DNA of 64,000 bases from an uncultured Candidatus Saccharibacteria bacterium (lineage in GTDB: Bacteria > Patescibacteriota > Andersenbacteria > UBA10190), in assembly GCA_964371255.1 (NCBI GenBank), contig CAYJKV010000005.1:13816-77815 (forward strand), written 5' to 3'. Positions within the stretch are counted from its first letter, which is position 1; each line of letters starts with the position of its first letter. The notes below the pieces were generated by a model, which did no database searches, had not been told where the DNA came from, and saw only the letters and a list, made by a program, of their open reading frames with translations. The translations under genes were made by a program, and so were the position numbers. This document shows positions 18,910-27,229 of the stretch, in pieces.

Positions 18910-19038
18910 TCCGTCGGGTGGTCGTCGGGTGTAGATAACTTTTGATTGAAAGGCTACATAAGCTTTCAATTTTTTGGCTAAAAATTACGTAAGCGTCCTG
19001 TTCCCGTCCGACGAGACGCGACCCTACCGTTGTAGGTA

Positions 19039-19281
19039 ATGACACGAAGCATTACCTCAACTCAACACTGGACGACCAGCGACCTCGCAATGGCTGCTGC
19101 TATTTCGTTATGGGAACCAATTGAGGACATTGATACTTCGCGACCACGAGCAGTTTTCAAGTTTGCAAACTGTCAGCGAGTACAAGAACTGGCAGACAAA
19201 TACCACCGTGGAGTAATTCGCATCGAGCCACGCCAATTTTTTGACCAAATCCGCGCCGTCAAAGCGCGGATATACGCCTAA
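19039..19281 (+). CDS. DUF5659-like phage/element protein
   Basis: TSDLAMAAAI...RAVFKF...YHRG.IRIEPRQFFDQIRAVKARIY. Confidence 0.75.
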   Translation: MTRSITSTQHWTTSDLAMAAAISLWEPIEDIDTSRPRAVFKFANCQRVQELADKYHRGVIRIEPRQFFDQIRAVKARIYA

Positions 19282-19285
19282 TTTT

Positions 19286-19462
19286 ATGCAGCCCACTGCC
19301 ACACAGGTTGCCCGTTACCAAGAACTGTACCGCCGCTACGGTATTGAAATTACCGAACAGCAAGCCCGCGAGGAAGGTGCAGCCCTAATGCAGCTTGTGT
19401 CGCGTATTTACCGACCCTTAACGCAAAAGGAATATGAACACTACCGACCAACCAAGCGATAA
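19286..19462 (+). CDS. Small mobile-element protein
   Basis: MQPTATQVARYQELYRRYGIEITEQQAREEGAALMQLVSRIYRP. Confidence 0.6.
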   Translation: MQPTATQVARYQELYRRYGIEITEQQAREEGAALMQLVSRIYRPLTQKEYEHYRPTKR

Positions 19463-19910
19463 TACAAAAAAAGAACCGCTCCCAACCACGGAAACGGTTT
19501 CTTCTATTTCCAGTGTACCGCAGGAGGACTACTACGCAAGCCGAGGTACTAAAGAGTGGCGTCAGGAACAAATTAGGAGCCTACGGGAGCGGCTGACTGA
19601 CCCGCGCTGGCACGTTCGTATGCCTGGAACGCTCTTTACGACCAAATGGCGAGAACTGTTAGGAAAAGGTACCTGTTATCAACTTTTAGCGGTGTTGATG
19701 CGAACGTGTAGCTGGGAACGCCGTGAGTGGCACGGGAACATCTTTCAGTTGGCAGCAGTTATGGGGTTATCCGAGCGGACGGTGCGCTATCAACTCAACA
19801 AACTAAAGCAGATTGATGGTTTCAAGGTACACCGTCACCCGTGGTCAATCACGATTTATATGCCTGACCGCATTTTTCCCAAAGATAAACGAGAGGGAAA
19901 GAAGGTATGA
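19434..19910 (+). CDS. HTH protein, replication-initiator N-terminal-like
   Basis: IFQLAAVMGLSERTVRYQLNKLK HTH, directly upstream of iteron-like repeats. Confidence 0.62.
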   Translation: MNTTDQPSDNTKKEPLPTTETVSSISSVPQEDYYASRGTKEWRQEQIRSLRERLTDPRWHVRMPGTLFTTKWRELLGKGTCYQLLAVLMRTCSWERREWHGNIFQLAAVMGLSERTVRYQLNKLKQIDGFKVHRHPWSITIYMPDRIFPKDKREGKKV

Positions 19911-19928
19911 CCAGCTTACTAAAATGCG

Positions 19929-20073
19929 CGGCAATGGACTTCCAGCGTGCGGCAACCATACAAACACACATCGGCAATCGTCGTCCAGTGAACGGCAACA
20001 TAACGGATTTTGACAGCTTTTTTCCTTTTGGAAAAGTTACTCAATTTAGCCAGGAAATAAGGGTGAACGGCAA
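19929..20073. repeat. Iteron-like repeats; putative origin of the element
   Basis: CGGCAA at 19929, 19950, 19972, 19993 (21/22/21 bp spacing) and 20068; AT-rich stretch between the fourth and fifth copies. Confidence 0.65.
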
Positions 20074-20190
20074 TTTTTGTGCGCGCTGTACTAACTCCTT
20101 ATCGAATACGAATATCCAGCTCTTTTTAACAACTCATTCGAGAGGTGCGCAGATTTTTCTGAAGAAAAATCTGCTGCCCCAGGGGGCTTT

Positions 20191-20469
20191 ATGGAAAAAA
20201 TGACGGATAATCGTCCCAATCGCAATCGCATCCCCGTAAGCAAGTTTCAACCTCGCACACGGGAGGAACGGGTGATATACGAAATCGCGCAAGCGTTGAA
20301 CGAACCGTACATTGATTTTATTAAAAGTATCAAAGACCGCTTTGGTTTCGACCTCATTTGGGATGCGTGGCAGGAATACAAGGAAGTAATGAAGCGGGGC
20401 GCGCCTATTGAGCACCCGCGCGGTTTCTTTAACTACCTTATCAAAATCAGGCGGCCTGATAGGAAGTGA
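20191..20469 (+). CDS. Replication-protein C-terminal-like small protein
   Basis: Ends IEHPRGFFNYLIK, typical of phage/plasmid initiator C-terminal domains. Confidence 0.55.
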   Translation: MEKMTDNRPNRNRIPVSKFQPRTREERVIYEIAQALNEPYIDFIKSIKDRFGFDLIWDAWQEYKEVMKRGAPIEHPRGFFNYLIKIRRPDRK

Positions 20470-20777
20470 CTTGCCATTACTTAACCCTATGACGGCAGAA
20501 AAACTATCGAATCTATATAAACAGAGGAGGTGATGCGTACACGCAGTAAGCTCTTAAAAGAATTGAGAACGGCAATTTACTGCCGAACTGGACTTAGCAC
20601 CAAATGCAATGATATTATTAAAGCGTTGTCCCAGAGTCCGTTGTCATATCCGAAGTTTTTTTATTGGCCTTCCTGTCGCCAAAAGGGCGGTTCTGCCAGG
20701 AAGCCAACTCTTCGGAGAAAGCGGACTGGGACAACCAGAACCGTCCTTTTAGTTTGTAATGACTTGAAATAACTACT

Positions 20778-22388
20778 ATGGAAAATAAAAAAATGCGGTA
20801 CGTTATGTACCTTCGTAAAAGTACTGATGAGGATAATCGCCAGGTGCAGTCAATTGACGACCAGAAAAAAGAACTCGACCGCGTGGTGGAGCAGCACGGC
20901 TTAAATATTGTGGAGATTATCAGTGAGTCGCGGTCAGCCAAAAAACTTGGGCGGTCAGGCTTCAATAAAATGATTGAAATGATTGTAAGTGGCAGTGCCG
21001 ATGCAATTTTATGCTGGGAGGCAACCCGCCTCGCGCGTAATCCCGTTGATGGTGGAAAAATCCAGTGGCTTATGCTGGAAGGGAAAATTAAAGTGGTGCA
21101 CACCCCGCAACGAAAATACCTCTGTACTGACAATGTCATTATGATGGCTGTGGAGTTTGGTATGTCCACCCAGTTCAGTGTTGACCTGGCAAAAAATGTG
21201 AAGCGCGGAATGTTAAGCAAAGCAGAAAAAGGCTGGCGGCCAGGACAGGCTCCACTTGGCTATCTGAACGATAAGGTAGAAGAAAAAGGCAATAAGCGTA
21301 TCTACACGGATAATGAAAAGTTCCCTATTGTTCGTAAGCTATGGGACTTATTGCTATCAGGCAATTACACCGTCCCTGCGCTCGTCACTATTGCTAACGA
21401 GCAGCTTGGCCTGCGTACCAAGCGAGGCAAGAAAATCAGCCTGGGCAGCCTGTATCACCTGTTCAATGATAAGTTCTACTACGGTGAATACACTTTTGAC
21501 GGTGAAGTCTACCAGGGCAAGCACAAGCCAATGATTTCTGCCGAGGAGTTTGACCGCACCCAAAAGATTTTAGGCCGTGCGGGACGGCCGCGACCAAAGT
21601 ACAAGCGGCTACCATTTAATGGGTTAATCCAATGCGCTGCCTGCGGTCGCACTATCACCTGCGATGAGCGGGTCAAGGTCATTAAGCGTACAGGCGAAAC
21701 CAAAAGTTTTATGTACCATCGCTGCACGCATAAAACTAGGAACCACTACTGCCCGCAGCCGCCCGTGACATTTGGCAACTTGGTCGAGCAGGTGCAGCAG
21801 TACCTGGGTAACATCACTATCCCGCCAGAGTTCTTAGAGTGGGCCGTACAGTCACTACGCGAGCAGCAGAAGCTGGAAGAAACGAACCGCAACCAAATCC
21901 TCGCCAACCTACGGAACAACCACCAGAACGTGATTGACCGCATTGATAGTCTGGTCAACAACTATATCGCGCCAGAAAATGCCAAGCGCGAACTAATTAG
22001 CGACGATGATATGAAGCGGCAAAAGGCTGCGCTCCTGCAAGAGAAGTCAGTGATTGAGCGGGAGTTGAGTAACACAAGTCTGCGCGTTAATGAGTGGGTG
22101 GACTTAACCATCAAAACTTTTCACTTCGCCACCTACGCCAAAGCCTGGTTTGATAAAGGCGACTACGAAACCAAGACTGCTATTCTCCGCGCGCTTGGCG
22201 TGACATTCACACTCAAAGACCGTAGCCTCCTGTTGGACTTGAAAGGGCCGTACGTCGTCATTAAAAAAGGTGTTGCAGCAGGATTGTTTGAGAACCCCGT
22301 ACTCGGACTGGTCAGGAAGGCTCTGCAAGAGCCTGCGCTGGCTCAACAGCCTGAAATTGCATCCGTATTATCCAGTTGGAGCGGGTAA
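20778..22388 (+). CDS. Large serine recombinase (resolvase + recombinase + Zn-ribbon + coiled coil)
   Basis: YLRKST catalytic Ser, Q.QSIDDQ, ESRSAK..GRSGF, RLARN, CAACG...YHRC...C. Confidence 0.95.
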   Translation: MENKKMRYVMYLRKSTDEDNRQVQSIDDQKKELDRVVEQHGLNIVEIISESRSAKKLGRSGFNKMIEMIVSGSADAILCWEATRLARNPVDGGKIQWLMLEGKIKVVHTPQRKYLCTDNVIMMAVEFGMSTQFSVDLAKNVKRGMLSKAEKGWRPGQAPLGYLNDKVEEKGNKRIYTDNEKFPIVRKLWDLLLSGNYTVPALVTIANEQLGLRTKRGKKISLGSLYHLFNDKFYYGEYTFDGEVYQGKHKPMISAEEFDRTQKILGRAGRPRPKYKRLPFNGLIQCAACGRTITCDERVKVIKRTGETKSFMYHRCTHKTRNHYCPQPPVTFGNLVEQVQQYLGNITIPPEFLEWAVQSLREQQKLEETNRNQILANLRNNHQNVIDRIDSLVNNYIAPENAKRELISDDDMKRQKAALLQEKSVIERELSNTSLRVNEWVDLTIKTFHFATYAKAWFDKGDYETKTAILRALGVTFTLKDRSLLLDLKGPYVVIKKGVAAGLFENPVLGLVRKALQEPALAQQPEIASVLSSWSG

Positions 22389-22451
22389 CGGGAGTCGAAC
22401 CCGTATCTCTACCTTGGCAAGGTAGTGTAAAAGCCATTATACGATACCCGC
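22377..22451 (-). tRNA. tRNA-Gly(GCC), CCA encoded
   Basis: GCGGGTATCGTATAATGG...CTACC-TTGCCAA-GGTAG...GGTTCGACTCCCGTTACCCGCTCCA. Confidence 0.96.
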
Positions 22452-22520
22452 AGGTGATATTATTTGTACCTAATTATTATCAATGCATCAATAGCGTGTA
22501 AACAAATCGCCTGCACGCAA

Positions 22521-22552
22521 TGTTTTTCATTTTTCGCTTTACGCTTTTCGTT
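22521..22552. repeat. Dispersed heptamer-based motif, copy next to tRNA-Phe
   Basis: TGTTTTTCATTTTTCGCTTTACGCTTTTCG, similar to 58625-58667 and 63737-63778. Confidence 0.6.
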
Positions 22553-22559
22553 TCTCTTG

Positions 22560-22631
22560 TGCCGCGGGTCAGAGTTGAACTGACTACGCCGACCTCTTCA
22601 GGGTCGCGCTCTACCGATGAGCTACCGCGGC
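22560..22631 (-). tRNA. tRNA-Phe(GAA)
   Basis: GCCGCGGTAGCTCATCGGTAGAGC...CTGAAGA...GTTCAACTCTGACCCGCGGCA. Confidence 0.93.
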
Positions 22632-22860
22632 GTTTAAACAATTATTAGTTGTATCTCTGAGGATAAGAGAAAGAGCAATTAATATCAATTATTTCCCTGT
22701 CCAACCCTTAAAGCTAGCCAACCTATACGTAGGCGTAGCCAGCTGATCAAAGATTGACAAGATTAATAATAGCTACTAATTTTATAGGTCATGCATGAGG
22801 CTGTTTTTTCGTCAGCAAGGAAGTACTTTTTACAACTCTTTTTGTGGAAGGAAGTGAGAC

Positions 22861-23865
22861 GTGGGACGACCAGTAACTTTGTTCACAGGACAATGGGCAG
22901 ATCTGAAACTTGAGGAGCTAGCCGCCAAAGCAGCCAATTTCGGCTACGATGGGCTGGAACTCGCTTGTTGGGGAGACCATTTCGAAGTAGATCGAGCCAT
23001 CAATGAAGATGGCTACTGTGCCAAGCAACGCGCGATACTGGAGCGTTATGGATTGAAGTGTTACGCCATCAGCGCTCACCTGGTTGGTCAAGCCGTGTGT
23101 GACCTCATCGACGAACGTCATAAAAGCATCCTGCCTGAAGATGTATGGGGAGATGGTGATCCCGCGGGTGTGCGTTGGCGAGCTGCGGAGAAGATGAAGC
23201 AAACAGCCATAGCGGCCAAGAGATTCGGTGTCGAAGTAGTTAACGGCTTCGTGGGCAGCTCAATTTGGCACTTACTTTATTCTTTCCCACCAGCCTCGAG
23301 AGAAACGATCGCCGCCGGCTTCACCGATTTCAAAGAAAGGTGGACTCCAATTCTCGATCACTTTCGGGCAGTAGGCGTTAAGTTTGCTCTGGAGGTTCAC
23401 CCCACCGAAATCGCCTTTGATATTGCCTCAGCCAGTCGAGCCTTACAAGCTGTTGACTGGCACCGATCTTTCGGATTCAATTATGACCCGTCTCATCTCG
23501 CCTATCAAGGAGTAGACTACGTCAGATTCATCCGTGAGTTTGGGCAACGTGTCTTCCATGTACACATGAAGGACGTCTGGTGGAACCACGGTGACGGCAG
23601 CGTAGGAGTGTTTGGCGGACACACAGCCTTCGGTGATCCACGACGTTATTGGGACTTCCGCTCGCTTGGGCATGGCGATGTTAATTTCGAAGAGATCATC
23701 GTAGCGCTCAATGATGCTGGTTACCAAGGACCGCTTTCGGTGGAATGGGAAGACATGCGCATGGATCGTGAGCACGGGGCAGCAGAAGCCTGCCAGTTTG
23801 TGAGACGAGCAGACTTCAAACCATCAAACGTCGCTTTTGACGCCGCCTTCGATAAGGAATCATGA
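22861..23865 (+). CDS. Sugar-phosphate isomerase/epimerase (xylose-isomerase-like TIM barrel)
   Basis: [27 protein letters not shown] and LSVEWED metal motifs. Confidence 0.92.
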   Translation: MGRPVTLFTGQWADLKLEELAAKAANFGYDGLELACWGDHFEVDRAINEDGYCAKQRAILERYGLKCYAISAHLVGQAVCDLIDERHKSILPEDVWGDGDPAGVRWRAAEKMKQTAIAAKRFGVEVVNGFVGSSIWHLLYSFPPASRETIAAGFTDFKERWTPILDHFRAVGVKFALEVHPTEIAFDIASASRALQAVDWHRSFGFNYDPSHLAYQGVDYVRFIREFGQRVFHVHMKDVWWNHGDGSVGVFGGHTAFGDPRRYWDFRSLGHGDVNFEEIIVALNDAGYQGPLSVEWEDMRMDREHGAAEACQFVRRADFKPSNVAFDAAFDKES

Positions 23866-23877
23866 CCATCACCACCT

Positions 23878-23912
23878 ATCGGTTGATGCTAGTAGCATTA
23901 ACCGATTTTTTA
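23878..23912 (+). terminator. Intrinsic terminator
   Basis: ATCGGTTGATGCTA-G-TAGCATTAACCGAT followed by a T tract. Confidence 0.75.
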
Positions 23913-23964
23913 TGCCGATATTTACAATCATAATATGTTAAGGTAAAACCATTATATCCATGCG

Positions 23965-24036
23965 GGGCGGTTAGCTCAGTGGTAGAGCAGTGCGTTTACA
24001 TCGCAAAGGTCGGGGGTTCGAACCCCTCACCGCCCA
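23965..24036 (+). tRNA. tRNA-Val(TAC)
   Basis: GGGCGGTTAGCTCAGTGGTAGAGC...TTTACAT...GGTTCGAACCCCTCACCGCCCA. Confidence 0.93.
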
Positions 24037-24137
24037 CCTTACACAGCGTCCTCGCCTAACACGGCATATCCAATATTTACTACCTAAAAGCTTTAGCCAG
24101 AACAACTAAAGACTATATCCACTGTTAATATCATTAG

Positions 24138-24222
24138 TGCGGACGGTGGGATTTGAACCCACAACCTCGTAATGAGGCACAGCCCCTCAAGCTGCTGCGT
24201 AAACCAATTCCGCCACGTCCGC
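24138..24222 (-). tRNA. tRNA-Leu(GAG)
   Basis: GCGGACGTGGCGGAATTGG...CAGC-TTGAGGG-GCTG, long variable arm, GGTTCAAATCCC. Confidence 0.93.
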
Positions 24223-24256
24223 ATAGTGAAGAGAGTAGCTTTGTTCTCATGATGTT

Positions 24257-24967
24257 TCAAGCGATTCGCAATATCGACCCGCCCTTTTTGTAGCCTTTGG
24301 GTTGCTGTCCTTTCTGGGCGAGGTAATTAGCTGCCCATTGGCGATCAAGTTTTGCTTTTTTGCGCTGAAGACATGCGATGCAATCAGAGTAATACATTGC
24401 CTGGTAAATCTTCAGTGAGTTTTGTTTTGCATATTTCAAACAATATACCTTGGAGCCACGACGAACATGTCCAGATATTCCAGCTAATTTATTGACTGTT
24501 TGGTCAAGCCATACTAAATGTTTTTTACTAGCACAGGCAAAGCTAATGTAAAGCGAAACACTACTGTGCCATCGAGTATCCCAGTAGGCATGTGATGATC
24601 CATCGCCATCAAATTCTCCGCGTAAATAATCAAAAAAATATTGGTCTGGGATTTGTACTTTACCAATAGTGTGAGTTTTACGAGGAGTAATGCCTATAGA
24701 AACAAACCACTCGTAAAGGGTTACGTCACCAAATTGCACTTGTGAGCAACGATTTCCGTCACCCGAGGGCTTGCTGCTTATCTTAACATTTAAACTTAAG
24801 CATTTTTTAAATGTTTCTAATAATTGAGTATCCTTAGAAGTTAGGCTCAAGTGTCTACCGTCAGAATATAGGCATCCGTCAGTAGCCATAAGACCACAAG
24901 CGTAAGCTAACTCTGGTGTCCATTCTGGAATTCGTAGGCGCCTTGGTTTTGAACCTCTTTTCCCCAT
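24257..24967 (-). CDS. Free-standing two-motif LAGLIDADG endonuclease-like protein
   Basis: LAYACGLMATDG and YLRGEFDGDG motifs; ends LQRK. Confidence 0.85.
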   Translation of the reverse strand: MGKRGSKPRRLRIPEWTPELAYACGLMATDGCLYSDGRHLSLTSKDTQLLETFKKCLSLNVKISSKPSGDGNRCSQVQFGDVTLYEWFVSIGITPRKTHTIGKVQIPDQYFFDYLRGEFDGDGSSHAYWDTRWHSSVSLYISFACASKKHLVWLDQTVNKLAGISGHVRRGSKVYCLKYAKQNSLKIYQAMYYSDCIACLQRKKAKLDRQWAANYLAQKGQQPKGYKKGGSILRIA

Positions 24968-25107
24968 ATGTAAAAGAATTCAAAGTCACTTATTTTTATT
25001 GTACGCCTCTTGTTTACACGATCACATGGTTAAAAAAGCTGAGCTAAAATATGCCATTTTCTGCGTCGATTAGCTGTATACAACCAGAACACAGTAAAAT
25101 ATGTTTT

Positions 25108-25746
25108 TCAAAATAACGCTGCCTGCTTTTGTTGGGACAATATTTCTTTTTGGCTCTCCTCTTCTTTGTTTATTGGATTACCTTGTTTCAGTAATTTCAG
25201 TACTTTAGGAATATTTTGAAAATCAGTCAACAGTACCGGTCGTAAATTCCCCCGGTAAAGCGCTGCGGCCGGATGATACATAGGAATTACCACTTGGTCC
25301 TTCTTGTTTCTTTTTGGCTGCCCATGAATTTTTGAGATCGATAAAGTTTCACCCAAAAAATGAGCCATTGAGTACCTGCCTAAAGTCACAATCAATTTTG
25401 GCTGTATGATCGCTACTTGTCCATCCAGCCATGGTGCATAAGCTATTAACTCCTCCGGTAGCGGATCTCGATTTCCCGGCGGTCTATGCTTTACCATATT
25501 CGCAATAAAGACATCTTCCCTCTTGAGCCCGATACTGCCAATCAACTCCGTTAAAAATCGGCCTGCCGCCCCGACAAACGGCCTGCCTTGTTCATCTTCA
25601 TCTTTGCCGGGTCCTTCCCCGACAAATAAGAGTGCGGCGTCTGGATCCCCCTCCCCCGGGACCCCTTGGGTAGCCGTGGCCTTGAGCGGCAACTCCTTAG
25701 CTATCCATTCTTTGTTTAACTCTTCTAGTTGTTGCTGTTTGGACAT
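25108..25746 (-). CDS. Family-4 uracil-DNA glycosylase lacking Fe-S cysteines
   Basis: GEGPG..ED.QGRPFVG, RPPGNRDP and YHPAAAL motifs. Confidence 0.93.
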   Translation of the reverse strand: MSKQQQLEELNKEWIAKELPLKATATQGVPGEGDPDAALLFVGEGPGKDEDEQGRPFVGAAGRFLTELIGSIGLKREDVFIANMVKHRPPGNRDPLPEELIAYAPWLDGQVAIIQPKLIVTLGRYSMAHFLGETLSISKIHGQPKRNKKDQVVIPMYHPAAALYRGNLRPVLLTDFQNIPKVLKLLKQGNPINKEEESQKEILSQQKQAALF

Positions 25747-25781
25747 ACAGAATATAATTATAAATCCAAATTCCAAAGCTC

Positions 25782-26006
25782 AAATGCCAAATTAATATCA
25801 AATGACTAAACGACAAAATCTCAGACATTAGTCATTTGGATTTTGATTAATCATCGAAATTTGGCCTCTAAGAGGTCCCATAAGGATCATTGATCATTAT
25901 AAACCTTGTTTGAAATTTGGTCTTTGTAAATTGAAAAGTGTTGCTCCTTGTTTGAAATTTGGTCATTCGGATTTGATTGGGATTTGGGATTTGGACATTG
26001 GGATTT
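25782..26006. repeat. Heptamer-periodic inverted-repeat region (AAATCCC / TTGGGAT type)
   Basis: AATCCAAATTCCAAAGCTCAAATG...CATTTGGATTTTGATT and ATTGGGATTTGGGATTTGGACATTGGGATT. Confidence 0.6.
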
Positions 26007-26871
26007 TTTTCACTGTTCTCCATTCCTTTAGCCTCTCCAAATCCTGTCCAATCAGTTCGTCCTGTTTCGTCTCCAGCACAAAATTGACCTGTTGAAAATA
26101 TGGATGGGCTAATATGGCCTTAAATCCATCCTCTCCAATCTTGCCTAGTCCGATATGTTCATGGCGGTCCTTTTGTTCACCTAAGCCAGCCTTTGAATCA
26201 TTGATATGCACCAGTTTCAACCGCTCAATGCCTAAAGATTGCTTAAATTGAACCATTGTTTCATCTAGCGCCGCTCTTGTTCTTATATCATAACCGCTGG
26301 CAAACATATGACACGTATCTAAACAAACCTGCATGTCTTTCTTACCTAAACCTTTGATAATATACGCTAGCTCTTCGAATGAATTGCCAATCAACGCTCC
26401 AGCACCCGCGGAAATCTCCAACAACAAGCGCGCGGTAAACTTTGGGTTGCCGTGTAGCACCGCCCGCAGTCCCTTGATCGTTCGTTTTAATGCCCCACCG
26501 GGTGTTTTACCCTTTTCCACACCTGGCCAATCCCTGGCGCTGCCCAAATGCGTTACCACGTATTTTACTCCCAATAAACTAGCTCTCTCCATCTCCTCTC
26601 GTACCACCCTGACAGTATTCTCCGCCAACTCCTTCTTGGGAGCAGCAAAGTTAATGTAGTAAGGCGTATGCATATAACTTTCCATCTCATACTGCTGGCA
26701 GCGTTGCCTGAATAGCAATGCATCATCTTCGCTTATTTGGGGAGCTACTCCACCGCGCGGACTGCGCGAAAAAAACTGGAAACACTCCGCGCCGACCTCT
26801 TTCGCTCGGTCCGGTGCCTTGGCCACTCCCCCGGCCGCCGATACATGTAATCCTACTTGCTGGTATTTCAT
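25963..26871 (-). CDS. nfo: Endonuclease IV (AP endonuclease)
   Basis: GLHVSAAGG, HTPYYIN, THLG, LLEISAG, CLDTCH, HIND and DRHEHIG zinc ligands. Confidence 0.95.
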   Translation of the reverse strand: MKYQQVGLHVSAAGGVAKAPDRAKEVGAECFQFFSRSPRGGVAPQISEDDALLFRQRCQQYEMESYMHTPYYINFAAPKKELAENTVRVVREEMERASLLGVKYVVTHLGSARDWPGVEKGKTPGGALKRTIKGLRAVLHGNPKFTARLLLEISAGAGALIGNSFEELAYIIKGLGKKDMQVCLDTCHMFASGYDIRTRAALDETMVQFKQSLGIERLKLVHINDSKAGLGEQKDRHEHIGLGKIGEDGFKAILAHPYFQQVNFVLETKQDELIGQDLERLKEWRTVKKIPMSKSQIPIKSE

Positions 26872-26881
26872 ACCCTCTATC

Positions 26882-27205
26882 TTATTCCTGACCAGAAATT
26901 CCGCTTAAGCACATCTCATAATCTTCACAATTCCTGATCCCCTGGGTTTTGCATTGGTCTTTCACTATATTGCATAGCTCAACATCGGCGGCGATCCTCG
27001 GCGCCCCTTCAAATTCTATCGCGTATTCTTCCAGCGCGACCTGTTCTAAAGGTTGGGGAATCTCTGGTGCCATAGTCGGCCCCGCTGCCTCTTGTTGTGC
27101 CAGTTGTTTACCACTATCCTTCTGCGCGTTAAACCAAAGCGCGGCCCCTGCCAGCACCACCATTAATACTGCCACCGCCAAGATCACTTTCAATAATCCG
27201 TTCAT
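26882..27205 (-). CDS. Small membrane-anchored protein with a 4-Cys C-terminus
   Basis: N-terminal TM; C...C...C...C. Confidence 0.6.
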   Translation of the reverse strand: MNGLLKVILAVAVLMVVLAGAALWFNAQKDSGKQLAQQEAAGPTMAPEIPQPLEQVALEEYAIEFEGAPRIAADVELCNIVKDQCKTQGIRNCEDYEMCLSGISGQE

Positions 27206-27229
27206 AATATACTTGCCTGTTATAATAAC

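Larger units (their letters stand above)
8344..22388. mobile_element. Integrative element (phage-satellite-like) at the 3' end of tRNA-Gly; left boundary tentative
   Basis: Serine recombinase overlapping the tRNA, TerS, HTH/replication genes, iterons and cargo; AGCGGG core at 8344-8349 and 22380-22385. Confidence 0.72.

Noticed and set aside
24138-24967. tRNA intron or intein encoding the LAGLIDADG protein
   Set aside because: tRNA-Leu is complete and uninterrupted, and the ORF has no intein N- or C-terminal splicing residues
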